Shown here: piece after piece, positions 55,995 to 64,000 of the stretch
How positions within the stretch are numbered: position 1 is the stretch's first letter
Layout: every line of letters begins with the position of its first letter
Assembly: GCA_040389905.1 (NCBI GenBank)
Contig: JAZJZK010000009.1
Coordinates: forward strand, 50,280-114,279
Length of the DNA: 64,000 bases
Reading direction: 5' to 3'
From: Gemmatimonadota bacterium
Lineage (GTDB): Bacteria; Gemmatimonadota; Gemmatimonadetes; Gemmatimonadales; Gemmatimonadaceae
Notes under the pieces: model-generated
The model's database searches: none
What the model saw: only the letters and a program-made list of their open reading frames with translations
What the model was told of the DNA's origin: nothing
Position numbers and translations under genes: made by a program

Positions 55995-56701
55995 ACATCG
56001 ACCGCCGCCGTTTCATCAGCGTGAGTGCCGCGTCGCTTTCGACGACACTGCTCACCGCATGCAATGCCAATCCGGAGAAAGCCGCAACGCTGCTCGCGCT
56101 CGCGGAGCGGAAGAATGAAAGCGTCGAGCGCGGTCTTTTCCGGCACGACGCCATGGATCGCGTGCCCGCATCCGCCAAAGTGGCGGGTAACAGCTTCCCC
56201 AAGTACTACATCTCGGAACGCATGCCCGTATGGGACCAAGCCATCAATGGGATTTGGCGGCTTGAGGTCTCGGGCGCCGTAAGAACGCCGCTATCCCTCT
56301 CGCTCGACGATCTCATGAAGCTGCCGAGCGTCACGCAGAAGGTCGATCACTTTTGCGTCGAAGGCTGGAACGCCCGCGCGACATGGAGCGGCGTGCGCGT
56401 CAGCGAGCTTGCTCGCCTGGCGGGCATCACCGATGACGCACAATTCGTCGACTTCGCAAGTTTCGACAAGGGCTACCACGAGAGCTGGGACATGAAGAGC
56501 GCCATGCACCCGCAGACCTTGGTCGCCTACGGAATGGACGGGCACTTCCTCGGCCCAGGCCATGGTGCGCCAGCGCGCGTGCATTCCCCGGTGAAGCTGG
56601 GTTACAAGAATACGAAGTACCTGACGAAGGTCGTCTTCATGCCGACGCGAAACGGCGGCTACTGGAGCGATCTCGGATACGAATGGTACGGCGGCACGTA
56701 A
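55991..56701 (+). CDS. Molybdopterin-dependent oxidoreductase (sulfite oxidase/MsrP-like)
   Basis: Tat-like DRRRF with lipobox LTAC. HFCVEGW, W.GV, HGAPAR, KLGYKNTKY and GGYW.D.GY. Confidence 0.9.
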   Translation: MNIDRRRFISVSAASLSTTLLTACNANPEKAATLLALAERKNESVERGLFRHDAMDRVPASAKVAGNSFPKYYISERMPVWDQAINGIWRLEVSGAVRTPLSLSLDDLMKLPSVTQKVDHFCVEGWNARATWSGVRVSELARLAGITDDAQFVDFASFDKGYHESWDMKSAMHPQTLVAYGMDGHFLGPGHGAPARVHSPVKLGYKNTKYLTKVVFMPTRNGGYWSDLGYEWYGGT

Positions 56702-57378
56702 TGGACGACACGGTGGAACGCCCCGAGCCGCGCTGGCCCGCGATGCTCGCGGCGCTCTGCGCCGTCGCGCTGCATTTCGCGCTGCCTGCGCCGATGCGTG
56801 TGGGGCCGCCCTGGGTGCTGGCAGGCGTGGTTGGCGCGCTTGTGCTCGCCGCCGCGGTCGCACGCCGCAAGCACATGCACCGGGCAAACTCCGTCGCCGC
56901 GTATGCGATCCTCGCCGTGCTGACGATCGGTCTGCTCGTGGGGGTGGCCGCGCTCATCCGTGCGCTCGTGCAGCACAACCAGCATGGTCAGCCCGACATC
57001 TCCGCCGCCGAAGTCCTGTCCGCCGCCGCCGTGCTGTGGACGACAAACGTCATCGTGTTCGCCACACTCTACTGGCGACTCGACGCGGGCGGCCCGAATG
57101 CCCGCGAACGACGCGAAGCGCACACCGAAGGCGCGTTCCTCTTTCCGCAGATGACGTTCGACGCACCCTCAGGATCGGACAACACCATCGCCGAGGAGCA
57201 GGGGTGGCGTCCCCATTTCGTGGACTACTTGTTCGTCGCGTTCAACACGAGCACCGCGTTCTCGCCGACGGACGCACCGGTTCTATCGAAATGGGCCAAG
57301 CTCGCGATGATGGTGCAGGCAATCATCTCCTTCACGACGGTCGTGTTGATCGCAGCCCGCGCCGTCAACATCCTCTAG
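56701..57378 (+). CDS. DUF1345-like membrane protein
   Basis: TM segments. YW.LD.GGP, FLFPQ, W.P.F.DYL..AFNTSTAFSPTD and ARAVNIL. Confidence 0.8.
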   Translation: MDDTVERPEPRWPAMLAALCAVALHFALPAPMRVGPPWVLAGVVGALVLAAAVARRKHMHRANSVAAYAILAVLTIGLLVGVAALIRALVQHNQHGQPDISAAEVLSAAAVLWTTNVIVFATLYWRLDAGGPNARERREAHTEGAFLFPQMTFDAPSGSDNTIAEEQGWRPHFVDYLFVAFNTSTAFSPTDAPVLSKWAKLAMMVQAIISFTTVVLIAARAVNIL

Positions 57379-57391
57379 CGGCTGCGCGGTA

Positions 57392-57673
57392 TCAGTCCTC
57401 CGATCGCCTCGCCGGTGCTGGCGGTACCTTCACCGCTCGCATGCACCACCGCTCGAGTTCGAAGGCAGACATCGTCCGCCAATCGGGCGGGTATCCAGTG
57501 AGCCGGCGCTTGTCACCATCGGCGGACTCGAACACGAGCCAACCACCTACCCGGCGATCGTGTTCGAGCAGTCTCGCCAGCGTGCCCGTCAACGACGGAC
57601 TTCCGATCTCACGGACAGTCCAACTCAACCCAACGGCATCCACAAAATCACGCGAGTGAACGGGCTCGGGCAT
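57392..57673 (-). CDS. Small cytoplasmic hypothetical protein, paralog of 41698-42045
   Basis: RDFVD..G..WTV.E, GWLVFES and KRRL..YP.DW. Confidence 0.75.
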   Translation of the reverse strand: MPEPVHSRDFVDAVGLSWTVREIGSPSLTGTLARLLEHDRRVGGWLVFESADGDKRRLTGYPPDWRTMSAFELERWCMRAVKVPPAPARRSED

Positions 57674-57770
57674 CTCGATGACAGGCAGGAGTTCAAGCAG
57701 ACACGACAGCGCGCCAAAGATATTGTCGTGCCGCCCGTCTCCGCGCCAGTCCAGCGCCCCGTTCGTGATC

Positions 57771-58934
57771 CTACTGGTACTGGATATAGAGCGGACGGGG
57801 GTTGAGCCGCAGGACCTCGAGCGGGGTCATCAGCTTGTCGCCCTTCTTCGTATCGTTGTGATAGAACAGCTTGAAACCCGTGAACTGCACAGGCTCGGCT
57901 TTCACGTAGTCATGGTACGAGTCGAACTTGAGCCATGGCGGACCCCACCCGTCCATGTCGATGACGACCTGCGCGTACGGCGTCGGCTTGATCTCCCTCG
58001 CGTTCGTGATCATGGGCCGCGTGAAGCGGTGGACCACCAGAATCTTCGGCGGGAGGTTCTTCGACCGCGCAATCTCGTCGAGAAAATTCACCGCCCAATT
58101 GATGTCCTTGGCGTCGAGCGTCCCGATCTTCCGTCCCGGAGGAACTCCCGACGTTGCCATGGCGAACTCGGGGTCGATTCCGAGGTGCACGTCCGGATTC
58201 TCGAGAAATGCGCGAAGACGCGGGACCTCAGCCTGCACGCTGCTCTTCCCAACCTGCACATCGAGGAAGAGCAAACCCTTTTTCGCCTTGATCCAGGAGT
58301 AGATCTCCTTGACCATTGTATCGCGATGCTGAAGCCGGTAGAGGCCGTTCTTCCCGGGCTCGCCCTGCGCGACCGTTACGATCAGGTGGAGCGCCGGTAT
58401 GACAGGATGCGAGGGATCGGCCTTCGCCCAGCGTGCGACCTCCTTGTCCAGCATCGCGAGCATTTCATCCTTCGGGTATTCACCGAGCACGCCCATTTTC
58501 TTCGCGAGTGGGTTGCCGTAGTACGCGACAACGCGGTTCGCAGGGAAAACTGCACCGGGCGCCGAAGGAGGAAGCTTCACGGGCCACAGCTTGTCGAGCG
58601 CACTGTCAGGCTTGGTCATGCTCGCGAGCGCGACGCTGTCCCGATGGGAGCGACTGGGCGTCTCACCAGTACCAAGGGGGCCGTCAGGCGTCGTCGCCGG
58701 CGTTGCGGCCGGACGCGACGTATCTCGCGCAGGTACCGCCGGAAGAGCTACCTGCCCAGCGGACGTTTGTGCCGAGGCGCTGTCCCGCGGGATGGAATCA
58801 TGCGGGGTTCCCGGCGCACTGCCTCCAGCGCTCGATTGGACGTTCTTGTCGGCGCAGCCCGAGAACATCAGTGATGCGGCGAGGAGTGCAGTTGGCGCGA
58901 TGCGCCGCTCGAGAAACGGACGAAGCTGGTACAC
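57771..58934 (-). CDS. Conserved hypothetical lipoprotein; start uncertain
   Basis: Lipobox FSGC, Pro/Thr linker, then a globular domain with VVAYYG.P..MGVLG, LDVQVG, HLGIDPEF, DMDGWG and GFKLFY. Confidence 0.75.
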   Translation of the reverse strand: MYQLRPFLERRIAPTALLAASLMFSGCADKNVQSSAGGSAPGTPHDSIPRDSASAQTSAGQVALPAVPARDTSRPAATPATTPDGPLGTGETPSRSHRDSVALASMTKPDSALDKLWPVKLPPSAPGAVFPANRVVAYYGNPLAKKMGVLGEYPKDEMLAMLDKEVARWAKADPSHPVIPALHLIVTVAQGEPGKNGLYRLQHRDTMVKEIYSWIKAKKGLLFLDVQVGKSSVQAEVPRLRAFLENPDVHLGIDPEFAMATSGVPPGRKIGTLDAKDINWAVNFLDEIARSKNLPPKILVVHRFTRPMITNAREIKPTPYAQVVIDMDGWGPPWLKFDSYHDYVKAEPVQFTGFKLFYHNDTKKGDKLMTPLEVLRLNPRPLYIQYQ

Positions 58935-59092
58935 GACGATGTTGGATGATCGGTGAGTTGAGGCCGCCACGTCGACGGCGTGCGCGGATGCTAGCAACCG
59001 TATGTGCAAGCACCAAGCCCATCCGACGAAACTCCGCATTCCTCGGACGAGAACGGTTGACGAATCCCCGCGACGGCCCATAGCGTTCATGC

Positions 59093-59530
59093 ATGTCTGA
59101 TTGTCAGGGCGCCTCGAAGCCGGGGTGCGCGCTCACCTTGCTCCTCCTCGACGCCGCGCGCGCCGTGGAGGCACGTGCCGAAGGAGCGCTCGCGGAAGTC
59201 GGCCTGTCGCTCGCAAAGCTCGGCGCACTACGGCACCTGGCGCTTGCGGCCGAGCCCCTCACCCTGACGCAACTCGCGGAACGCCACTGCTGCGGGAAGT
59301 CGAACGTCACGCAGCTCGTCGATCGGCTGGAGGCCGACGGCTACGTCGCGCGGGCTCCGGACCCGGAAGACCGCCGGACGATTCGCGCCGAACTGACAGG
59401 CGCTGGCCGCGCCGCTTACGAGCGCGCGAGCGTCCTGCTCGCACAGCACGAACAATCACTCGACCGTCGACTCGGCGAAGTCCCGCGGGCCGAACTGGCG
59501 CGGCAGCTTCGTGCGCTTCGCGAAGGCTAG
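59093..59530 (+). CDS. MarR-family regulator
   Basis: LTQLAE, SNVTQLVDRLEADGYV.R.PDPEDRR and LT.AGR. Confidence 0.93.
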   Translation: MSDCQGASKPGCALTLLLLDAARAVEARAEGALAEVGLSLAKLGALRHLALAAEPLTLTQLAERHCCGKSNVTQLVDRLEADGYVARAPDPEDRRTIRAELTGAGRAAYERASVLLAQHEQSLDRRLGEVPRAELARQLRALREG

Positions 59531-59584
59531 GGAAAGCGCTCAAAGCACCTGCCGTTCGCGATGCTGATCTGATTACTTGAAGGC

Positions 59585-60508
59585 ATGTCACACCAGCACC
59601 ACCACGGACACGACCACGGGCATCACCATCATCACGGCGATGGTGACGGCGGCAGCGCTCGGCGGCTGACGATTGTGTTGGTGTTCACAGCCGTCTACAC
59701 CGTCGCCGAGGCGATTGGTGGCTGGATGTCACACTCGCTGGCCCTCATCGCCGATGCCGGCCACATGTTGTCGGACGTGGCCGCGCTCGGACTCAGCCTC
59801 TTTGCCGCGTGGATCTCCCGGCGTCCGCCCACGCCGGCGCGTTCCTATGGTTACCACCGCACCGAAATCCTCGCGGCGCTCGTGAATGCCTCGACGCTCA
59901 TCGCCATTTCGATCTGGGTGTGCGTGGAAGCCTACCGGCGTCTCCACGAGCCGCCGGATGTCGCGGGCCGCATGGTCATGGCCGTCGCGTTCGGTGGCTT
60001 CGTCATCAATGTCGCCGGAATGTTAGTCCTCAGCGGCGGACGCCATGCCAACCTCAACGTTCGCGGCGCGTGGTTGCATGTGGCGACGGACGCCCTCGGC
60101 AACATCGGGACGGTCGCGGCCGGAGCGGCCGTCGCCTATCTGGGCTGGCGGTGGGCCGATCCGATCGCATCGGTTCTGATCGCGCTGCTCGTGTGCTGGT
60201 CCGCCTGGGCACTGCTCAGGGAAAGCCTCGACGTTCTCATGGAAGGCACGCCGCGCGGTGTGCAACCAGACCACGTGCGCGATTCGCTCGGTGGCGTGGA
60301 GGGCGTGTCTGCCGTGCACGACCTCCACATCTGGTCGATCGCCAGCGGCCGCGTGGCATTGTCGGCGCATGTGGCGGTGGACGGCTCGCGCCCAGACCGT
60401 GAAGTGCTTCCGGATCTGTGCGCGGTGTTACGCGAGGTCTATCGCATCACGCACGTGACGCTCCAACTCGAGAGCGAGTGCACTGCGCACGAGGCGATGC
60501 ACGCGTGA
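59585..60508 (+). CDS. Cation diffusion facilitator (CzcD/ZitB-like)
   Basis: His-rich N-terminus. SLALIADAGHMLSD, HV..DALG and VHDLHIW. Confidence 0.95.
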   Translation: MSHQHHHGHDHGHHHHHGDGDGGSARRLTIVLVFTAVYTVAEAIGGWMSHSLALIADAGHMLSDVAALGLSLFAAWISRRPPTPARSYGYHRTEILAALVNASTLIAISIWVCVEAYRRLHEPPDVAGRMVMAVAFGGFVINVAGMLVLSGGRHANLNVRGAWLHVATDALGNIGTVAAGAAVAYLGWRWADPIASVLIALLVCWSAWALLRESLDVLMEGTPRGVQPDHVRDSLGGVEGVSAVHDLHIWSIASGRVALSAHVAVDGSRPDREVLPDLCAVLREVYRITHVTLQLESECTAHEAMHA

Positions 60509-60518
60509 TGGGGCGCGT

Positions 60519-61583
60519 CTAGGGCCGCGTTGGCGTGAGCCGTATCAGCGGTCGCTTGGCGGGCGATTTCCTTGCTGGCTTCCGGGCCGATTTCTTGAGT
60601 GGTTTCTTGACGACAGTTGCTGCGGGTGCCCTCATCGGCGAGAGGGGCGCGGTCACCGTCGCCGGCGGGGCGGGTGTCGGGGACGTGGGCGGCGCCGCCG
60701 GCTTCTGCACGACGTCCCCAGCGCTGGTTCCATTCGTCTGGCCGAACAGGCCCGCGATGAATGGCTTCGCCATACACTCGTAGAAGCCACGACCGTTGCA
60801 GATCGATTTCGCAGAGCCCTCGACGAATTTCTGCACTTTGTTCGGATACGTGTGGCAGCGCGGCGTGTTCGTGCCGCGGACGCAGCCGTTGTAGCGGAGC
60901 AAGGCGGTCTTCCAATTGACCTCCTTCGTTCCGCCTCCTTTCACCTTCGGACGGAAATACTGGCTCAGGATGAACACGCCGTACTTCACGTTTGTCGAGT
61001 CGGTTGCGAGATCCTTTCCGAAGAGCGCCGTCATTTTCTCGGTCAGCCACACCTTCGGGTACACCTGCATGAGCCCGACCGCGCCGACATTCGATGTCGC
61101 CTTCGAAATGAACCGTGAATTCTCAGTGAGCATCACGCCAAAGACGATCGCCGGCGAGATTCCGCGCACGTAGGCCTCGCGCACCGCGAACTCCGCGATC
61201 GAGTCGGCGCGCGCCGAGTCGACCTGTTTCAGGCGCATCACGTCCTCGTAGAAGTTCCGCTTTTCCTCCTGAAACTGCGGCGTTGCCATCAAGCGGTCGA
61301 CGTTTTCGCTGTGTGCACTATCGCGCGGCGAGAGTACCGCAGCCACCTCGGGCGCGTGCTTGCGGAGCTCCTCGCCCAGCGTGCCACTCGTCGAGTAGAT
61401 CGGCCGTGTATTGACGAACGCGTAGACGATGACGAGGAGGAGGACGACGACGGCGCCGATCGATCGCAGGATGAACGCGAGCGACGACGAGGTCTTTTTC
61501 GCGCCGCGGCGGTCGTTCCCATCACTTCGCTCGCGACGGTCGCCCGCGTCTCGACGCTTCCCCGTGACGTCCGGCTCGGTCAC
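60519..61583 (-). CDS. Lytic transglycosylase (SLT domain), membrane-anchored
   Basis: TM segment. VMLTENSRF, S.VGAVGLMQV and ALLRYNG. Confidence 0.9.
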   Translation of the reverse strand: MTEPDVTGKRRDAGDRRERSDGNDRRGAKKTSSSLAFILRSIGAVVVLLLVIVYAFVNTRPIYSTSGTLGEELRKHAPEVAAVLSPRDSAHSENVDRLMATPQFQEEKRNFYEDVMRLKQVDSARADSIAEFAVREAYVRGISPAIVFGVMLTENSRFISKATSNVGAVGLMQVYPKVWLTEKMTALFGKDLATDSTNVKYGVFILSQYFRPKVKGGGTKEVNWKTALLRYNGCVRGTNTPRCHTYPNKVQKFVEGSAKSICNGRGFYECMAKPFIAGLFGQTNGTSAGDVVQKPAAPPTSPTPAPPATVTAPLSPMRAPAATVVKKPLKKSARKPARKSPAKRPLIRLTPTRP

Positions 61584-61589
61584 GGCCCC

Positions 61590-61718
61590 TTAGCGGAAGA
61601 TGTGAAAGTGGCCCAGTAGCCACCACAGTACGACGAAAATGAGCACGGTGCTGAAGCACCCTCCGCCCAACTTCCGGGCGCCGTATCCCGCCGCCACGCC
61701 GCGCAACAACTTGCTCAT
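61590..61718 (-). CDS. 42-aa single-TM small protein
   Basis: Manual translation gives MSKLLRGVAAGYGARKLGGGCFSTVLIFVVLWWLLGHFHIFR*. GGAG RBS. Ends 6 bp before the SLT start. Confidence 0.7.
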   Translation of the reverse strand: MSKLLRGVAAGYGARKLGGGCFSTVLIFVVLWWLLGHFHIFR

Positions 61719-61865
61719 CGCATCCGCTCCGATCGGTGTGGACCCGGTCGAAGTGCAGGAGCCGTACCCAAGCGCAAGCCGGCGCCGCTGCGCGGCGCTT
61801 GACGGCCCGCGCAGCGCTACGCGCGCGCTTGACAGGTCGCCAGCGCTTCGCGCACGTCCGTCAGG

Positions 61866-62897
61866 TTACGGCTTTTCCTCTATCTGTGGCGCGACTCCAG
61901 AGGCGGACGGCGCAGAGTCTGCCGGCTGGGGCATCTTGAAACGCATTGGATCGACGTTCCGGCCATTGACCTTGACTTCATAGTGAAGGTGCGGACCGGT
62001 CGTCAGTCCACTGGATCCGACGGTCGCAATGAGCTGTCCGCGCTTCACTTCGTCACCCTCGCTCACCAGGATGAGGCTGCAATGCGCGTATCGCGTCGTG
62101 ATGCCACCGGGGTGTTCCATCTCGACGACCTGGCCATACGCGAGCTTGTAACCGACGAACGTCACGCGCCCTGCGGCCGGCGCCGTGATGCGCGTGCCGT
62201 ACGGAGCGGCAACATCGACGCCAAGGTGGGGCCGGACCAAGCCGAGAATGGGGTGCTTGCGCCCCCAGGAAAAACGGCTGGCGATCGCGCCGATGACGGG
62301 AAGCCTTTCGATGATGCTCCGCGTCTCGGCTTTCGACGGCATGGCGGCTTTTCGCGTCGCTCTTGAGAGCGCCAACTCACTCCGCCGCCGTTCGAGGAAC
62401 GCGGCTCGGCCCTTGTCCGTTCCCGCGCCGCTCGCGGCGATTGAATCGCGCGTGAATTCCGCGGATGCCGCCAGCGTTGCACGCGCCTCGTTGAGCGAAT
62501 CTTCGGTTGCAAGGAGTCCGTCGCGCAGTGCGGCGGCTTCCTCAGGTGAAATGACGTTTTCTTCGGCGCGCAGGGCGAACGCGATGGCCGTCACGTCGGC
62601 AATGGCAAGCAGGACGAGGACGCCAATGGCGCCGAAGACCAGCTTGGCCTGCCAGCGCGCCACGTTGAACGTCCGCGTCCGCGCACCAGGCGTCGGTGGG
62701 ACGAGCAAGAGCCGCCAGGGCCGGTCCGCCACCGGCGTGGCCGGCTTGAACCCGTCGCGCCTGATGACGTCGGACGGCGTCGCCGCAACCACCGTTTTTC
62801 CGTGAATCGGAATGACGTCGGCGCCAGGTGCCTCTGAGTCCGCGACGGGCGCCGGAACGGGCGCCAATCCGCGCTGCGACAACTTCGACCACGCCAC
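61866..62897 (-). CDS. M23-family metallopeptidase
   Basis: HPI, HLGVD, YAHC and G.TTGPHLHYEV. Confidence 0.95.
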   Translation of the reverse strand: MAWSKLSQRGLAPVPAPVADSEAPGADVIPIHGKTVVAATPSDVIRRDGFKPATPVADRPWRLLLVPPTPGARTRTFNVARWQAKLVFGAIGVLVLLAIADVTAIAFALRAEENVISPEEAAALRDGLLATEDSLNEARATLAASAEFTRDSIAASGAGTDKGRAAFLERRRSELALSRATRKAAMPSKAETRSIIERLPVIGAIASRFSWGRKHPILGLVRPHLGVDVAAPYGTRITAPAAGRVTFVGYKLAYGQVVEMEHPGGITTRYAHCSLILVSEGDEVKRGQLIATVGSSGLTTGPHLHYEVKVNGRNVDPMRFKMPQPADSAPSASGVAPQIEEKP

Positions 62898-62899
62898 GA

Positions 62900-63325
62900 T
62901 TACTGCTGACCCGAGTGCGCGCTATGCGCGGCGATTTGTCCTGGCTTCGCAGCGGCCGCAGGCGCGCGCATTTCGACGTGGCCGTTCACGACGCCACCCT
63001 CCTGAATCAGTACGACCTGCGACGTGAGATCACCCGTCATGATCGCGGTCGGCTGCAGCTCCACGCGTTCCATTGCGCGCACGTTGCCGTTCAGCGTCCC
63101 ACCAATGATGACTTCGCGCGCATGCACGTCGCCGGACATGTTGGCCCCGACGCCGAGGACGACGGTATCCGCTTTCCGAACATTGCCGATCAGCCGGCCG
63201 TCGATGCGCAGCGACCCATCAGTTTCGATGTCGCCGGTGACGGTCAGCTGACTGTCGAACAAGGAGTAACCAGTGCCCGGAGGGGTGGGCGTGGCGCTCG
63301 AGCGCCGGGAGAGGAGGCTCATCAA
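62900..63325 (-). CDS. Bactofilin (polymer-forming cytoskeletal protein)
   Basis: GDI...GSLRIDG, GDVHA..VIIGG.L.GNV.A...VEL and IQEGG..NG. Confidence 0.93.
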   Translation of the reverse strand: MMSLLSRRSSATPTPPGTGYSLFDSQLTVTGDIETDGSLRIDGRLIGNVRKADTVVLGVGANMSGDVHAREVIIGGTLNGNVRAMERVELQPTAIMTGDLTSQVVLIQEGGVVNGHVEMRAPAAAAKPGQIAAHSAHSGQQ

Positions 63326-63475
63326 ATGCTCCAGCGAAGGACAACGTGGCGAACACAGCGGCGGTCCGCGCGATCAAACATTGGAGGTTGCCCCCCGAGT
63401 ACGCCAGACGTGTGGGCACTAAAAAGTGTAACACCGGGCAAGATTGTCCGAATTGGGGCCGCTGACCTCGGTTCG

Positions 63476-63490
63476 TGGCACGGGGCGTGC
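63476..63490 (+). promoter_or_regulatory. Candidate sigma-54 promoter
   Basis: TGGCACGGGGCGTGC (TGGCAC, GG-N10-GC), about 55 bp upstream of ATG 63545. Confidence 0.55.
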
Positions 63491-63544
63491 CTTTCAGGGT
63501 AGGAGTACCCTCGGCCATTTGGTCGATCACATTTTGGAGGAATT

Positions 63545-64000
63545 ATGCGCCACGTCATCAAAACGATCTTTCTCGCCCCCGCGTTGGTGCTGGCGGCGGC
63601 CTGCAGCAAGGACAAGCCGGTTGATTCTTCGCTGAGTAACGATCTCACGCTGGCGGCTCAGGCGCGGCAGACCGCGACACTGGATTCCATCTCGGCCGTC
63701 GAGCGTTCGAAGGCGGCGGCGTTGGCCGCAGCGCCGGCCGCACCGGTTCGGACGTCCACGGCCCCCAGGCGCACGACGACCACACGACGTGCGTCGTCGG
63801 GTGGCACCACATCGTCCAGTGGCGGCACGGTGGCGTCAGAGGGGCGCACGGTGACGGAGAAGAACACCAAGCGTGATGCGATGATCGGTGCCGCGGCTGG
63901 CGCCATCATTGGCGCGACGACCAGTCGCGACAAGGTGAAGGGAGGTATCATCGGCGGTGCGGCGGGCAGTTTCGCCATTCTCGGCGGTGCCGCTGCGGTC
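63545..64000 (+). CDS. Glycine-zipper lipoprotein (partial; runs off window)
   Basis: GGAGG RBS. Manual translation MRHVIKTIFLAPALVLAAAC...KNTKRDAMIGAAAGAIIGA...GGIIGGAAG. Confidence 0.8.
   Translation, partial: MRHVIKTIFLAPALVLAAACSKDKPVDSSLSNDLTLAAQARQTATLDSISAVERSKAAALAAAPAAPVRTSTAPRRTTTTRRASSGGTTSSSGGTVASEGRTVTEKNTKRDAMIGAAAGAIIGATTSRDKVKGGIIGGAAGSFAILGGAAAV

Noticed and set aside
61780..61862. GC-rich GCGCTTGAC direct repeats between the M23 gene and the microprotein
   Set aside because: Only two short copies with no clear structure, which is too weak to call.

Overview
A gene-dense, GC-rich bacterial chromosomal segment with about 55 CDS. The gene families and intergenic repeats suggest Gemmatimonadota, which is an inference. 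I found no rRNA, tRNA, CRISPR array, transposase or integrase. Recognisable modules are: a truncated CarH/LitR-like MerR regulator divergent from a fasciclin operon, with an 11-bp-periodic TnnACA operator; an orphan 909-aa helical-repeat protein; three sensor kinases; an ATPase-nuclease (DUF234-type); a PIN toxin-antitoxin pair; a doubly frameshifted M20 peptidase; an 8x Ig-like + DUF3494 ice-binding lipoprotein followed by OmpA; an apparent sigma-region-2/FecR fusion next to a stand-alone TonB plug; an ECF sigma/anti-sigma/Spy-like operon sharing mirror-image promoters with a YHYH-MORN-SCO-Spy operon; TetR-P450; fdhD; a 2749-aa cyclic beta-1,2-glucan synthase; an ECF/ZAS + cytochrome b/molybdo-oxidoreductase operon; MarR-CDF; and a bactofilin-M23-small protein-SLT cluster. 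Three families of palindromic intergenic repeats are present. The best candidates for undescribed systems are the ECF-controlled YHYH/MORN/SCO module and the sigma2-FecR fusion. All domain calls come from motif recognition by eye, not from database searches.
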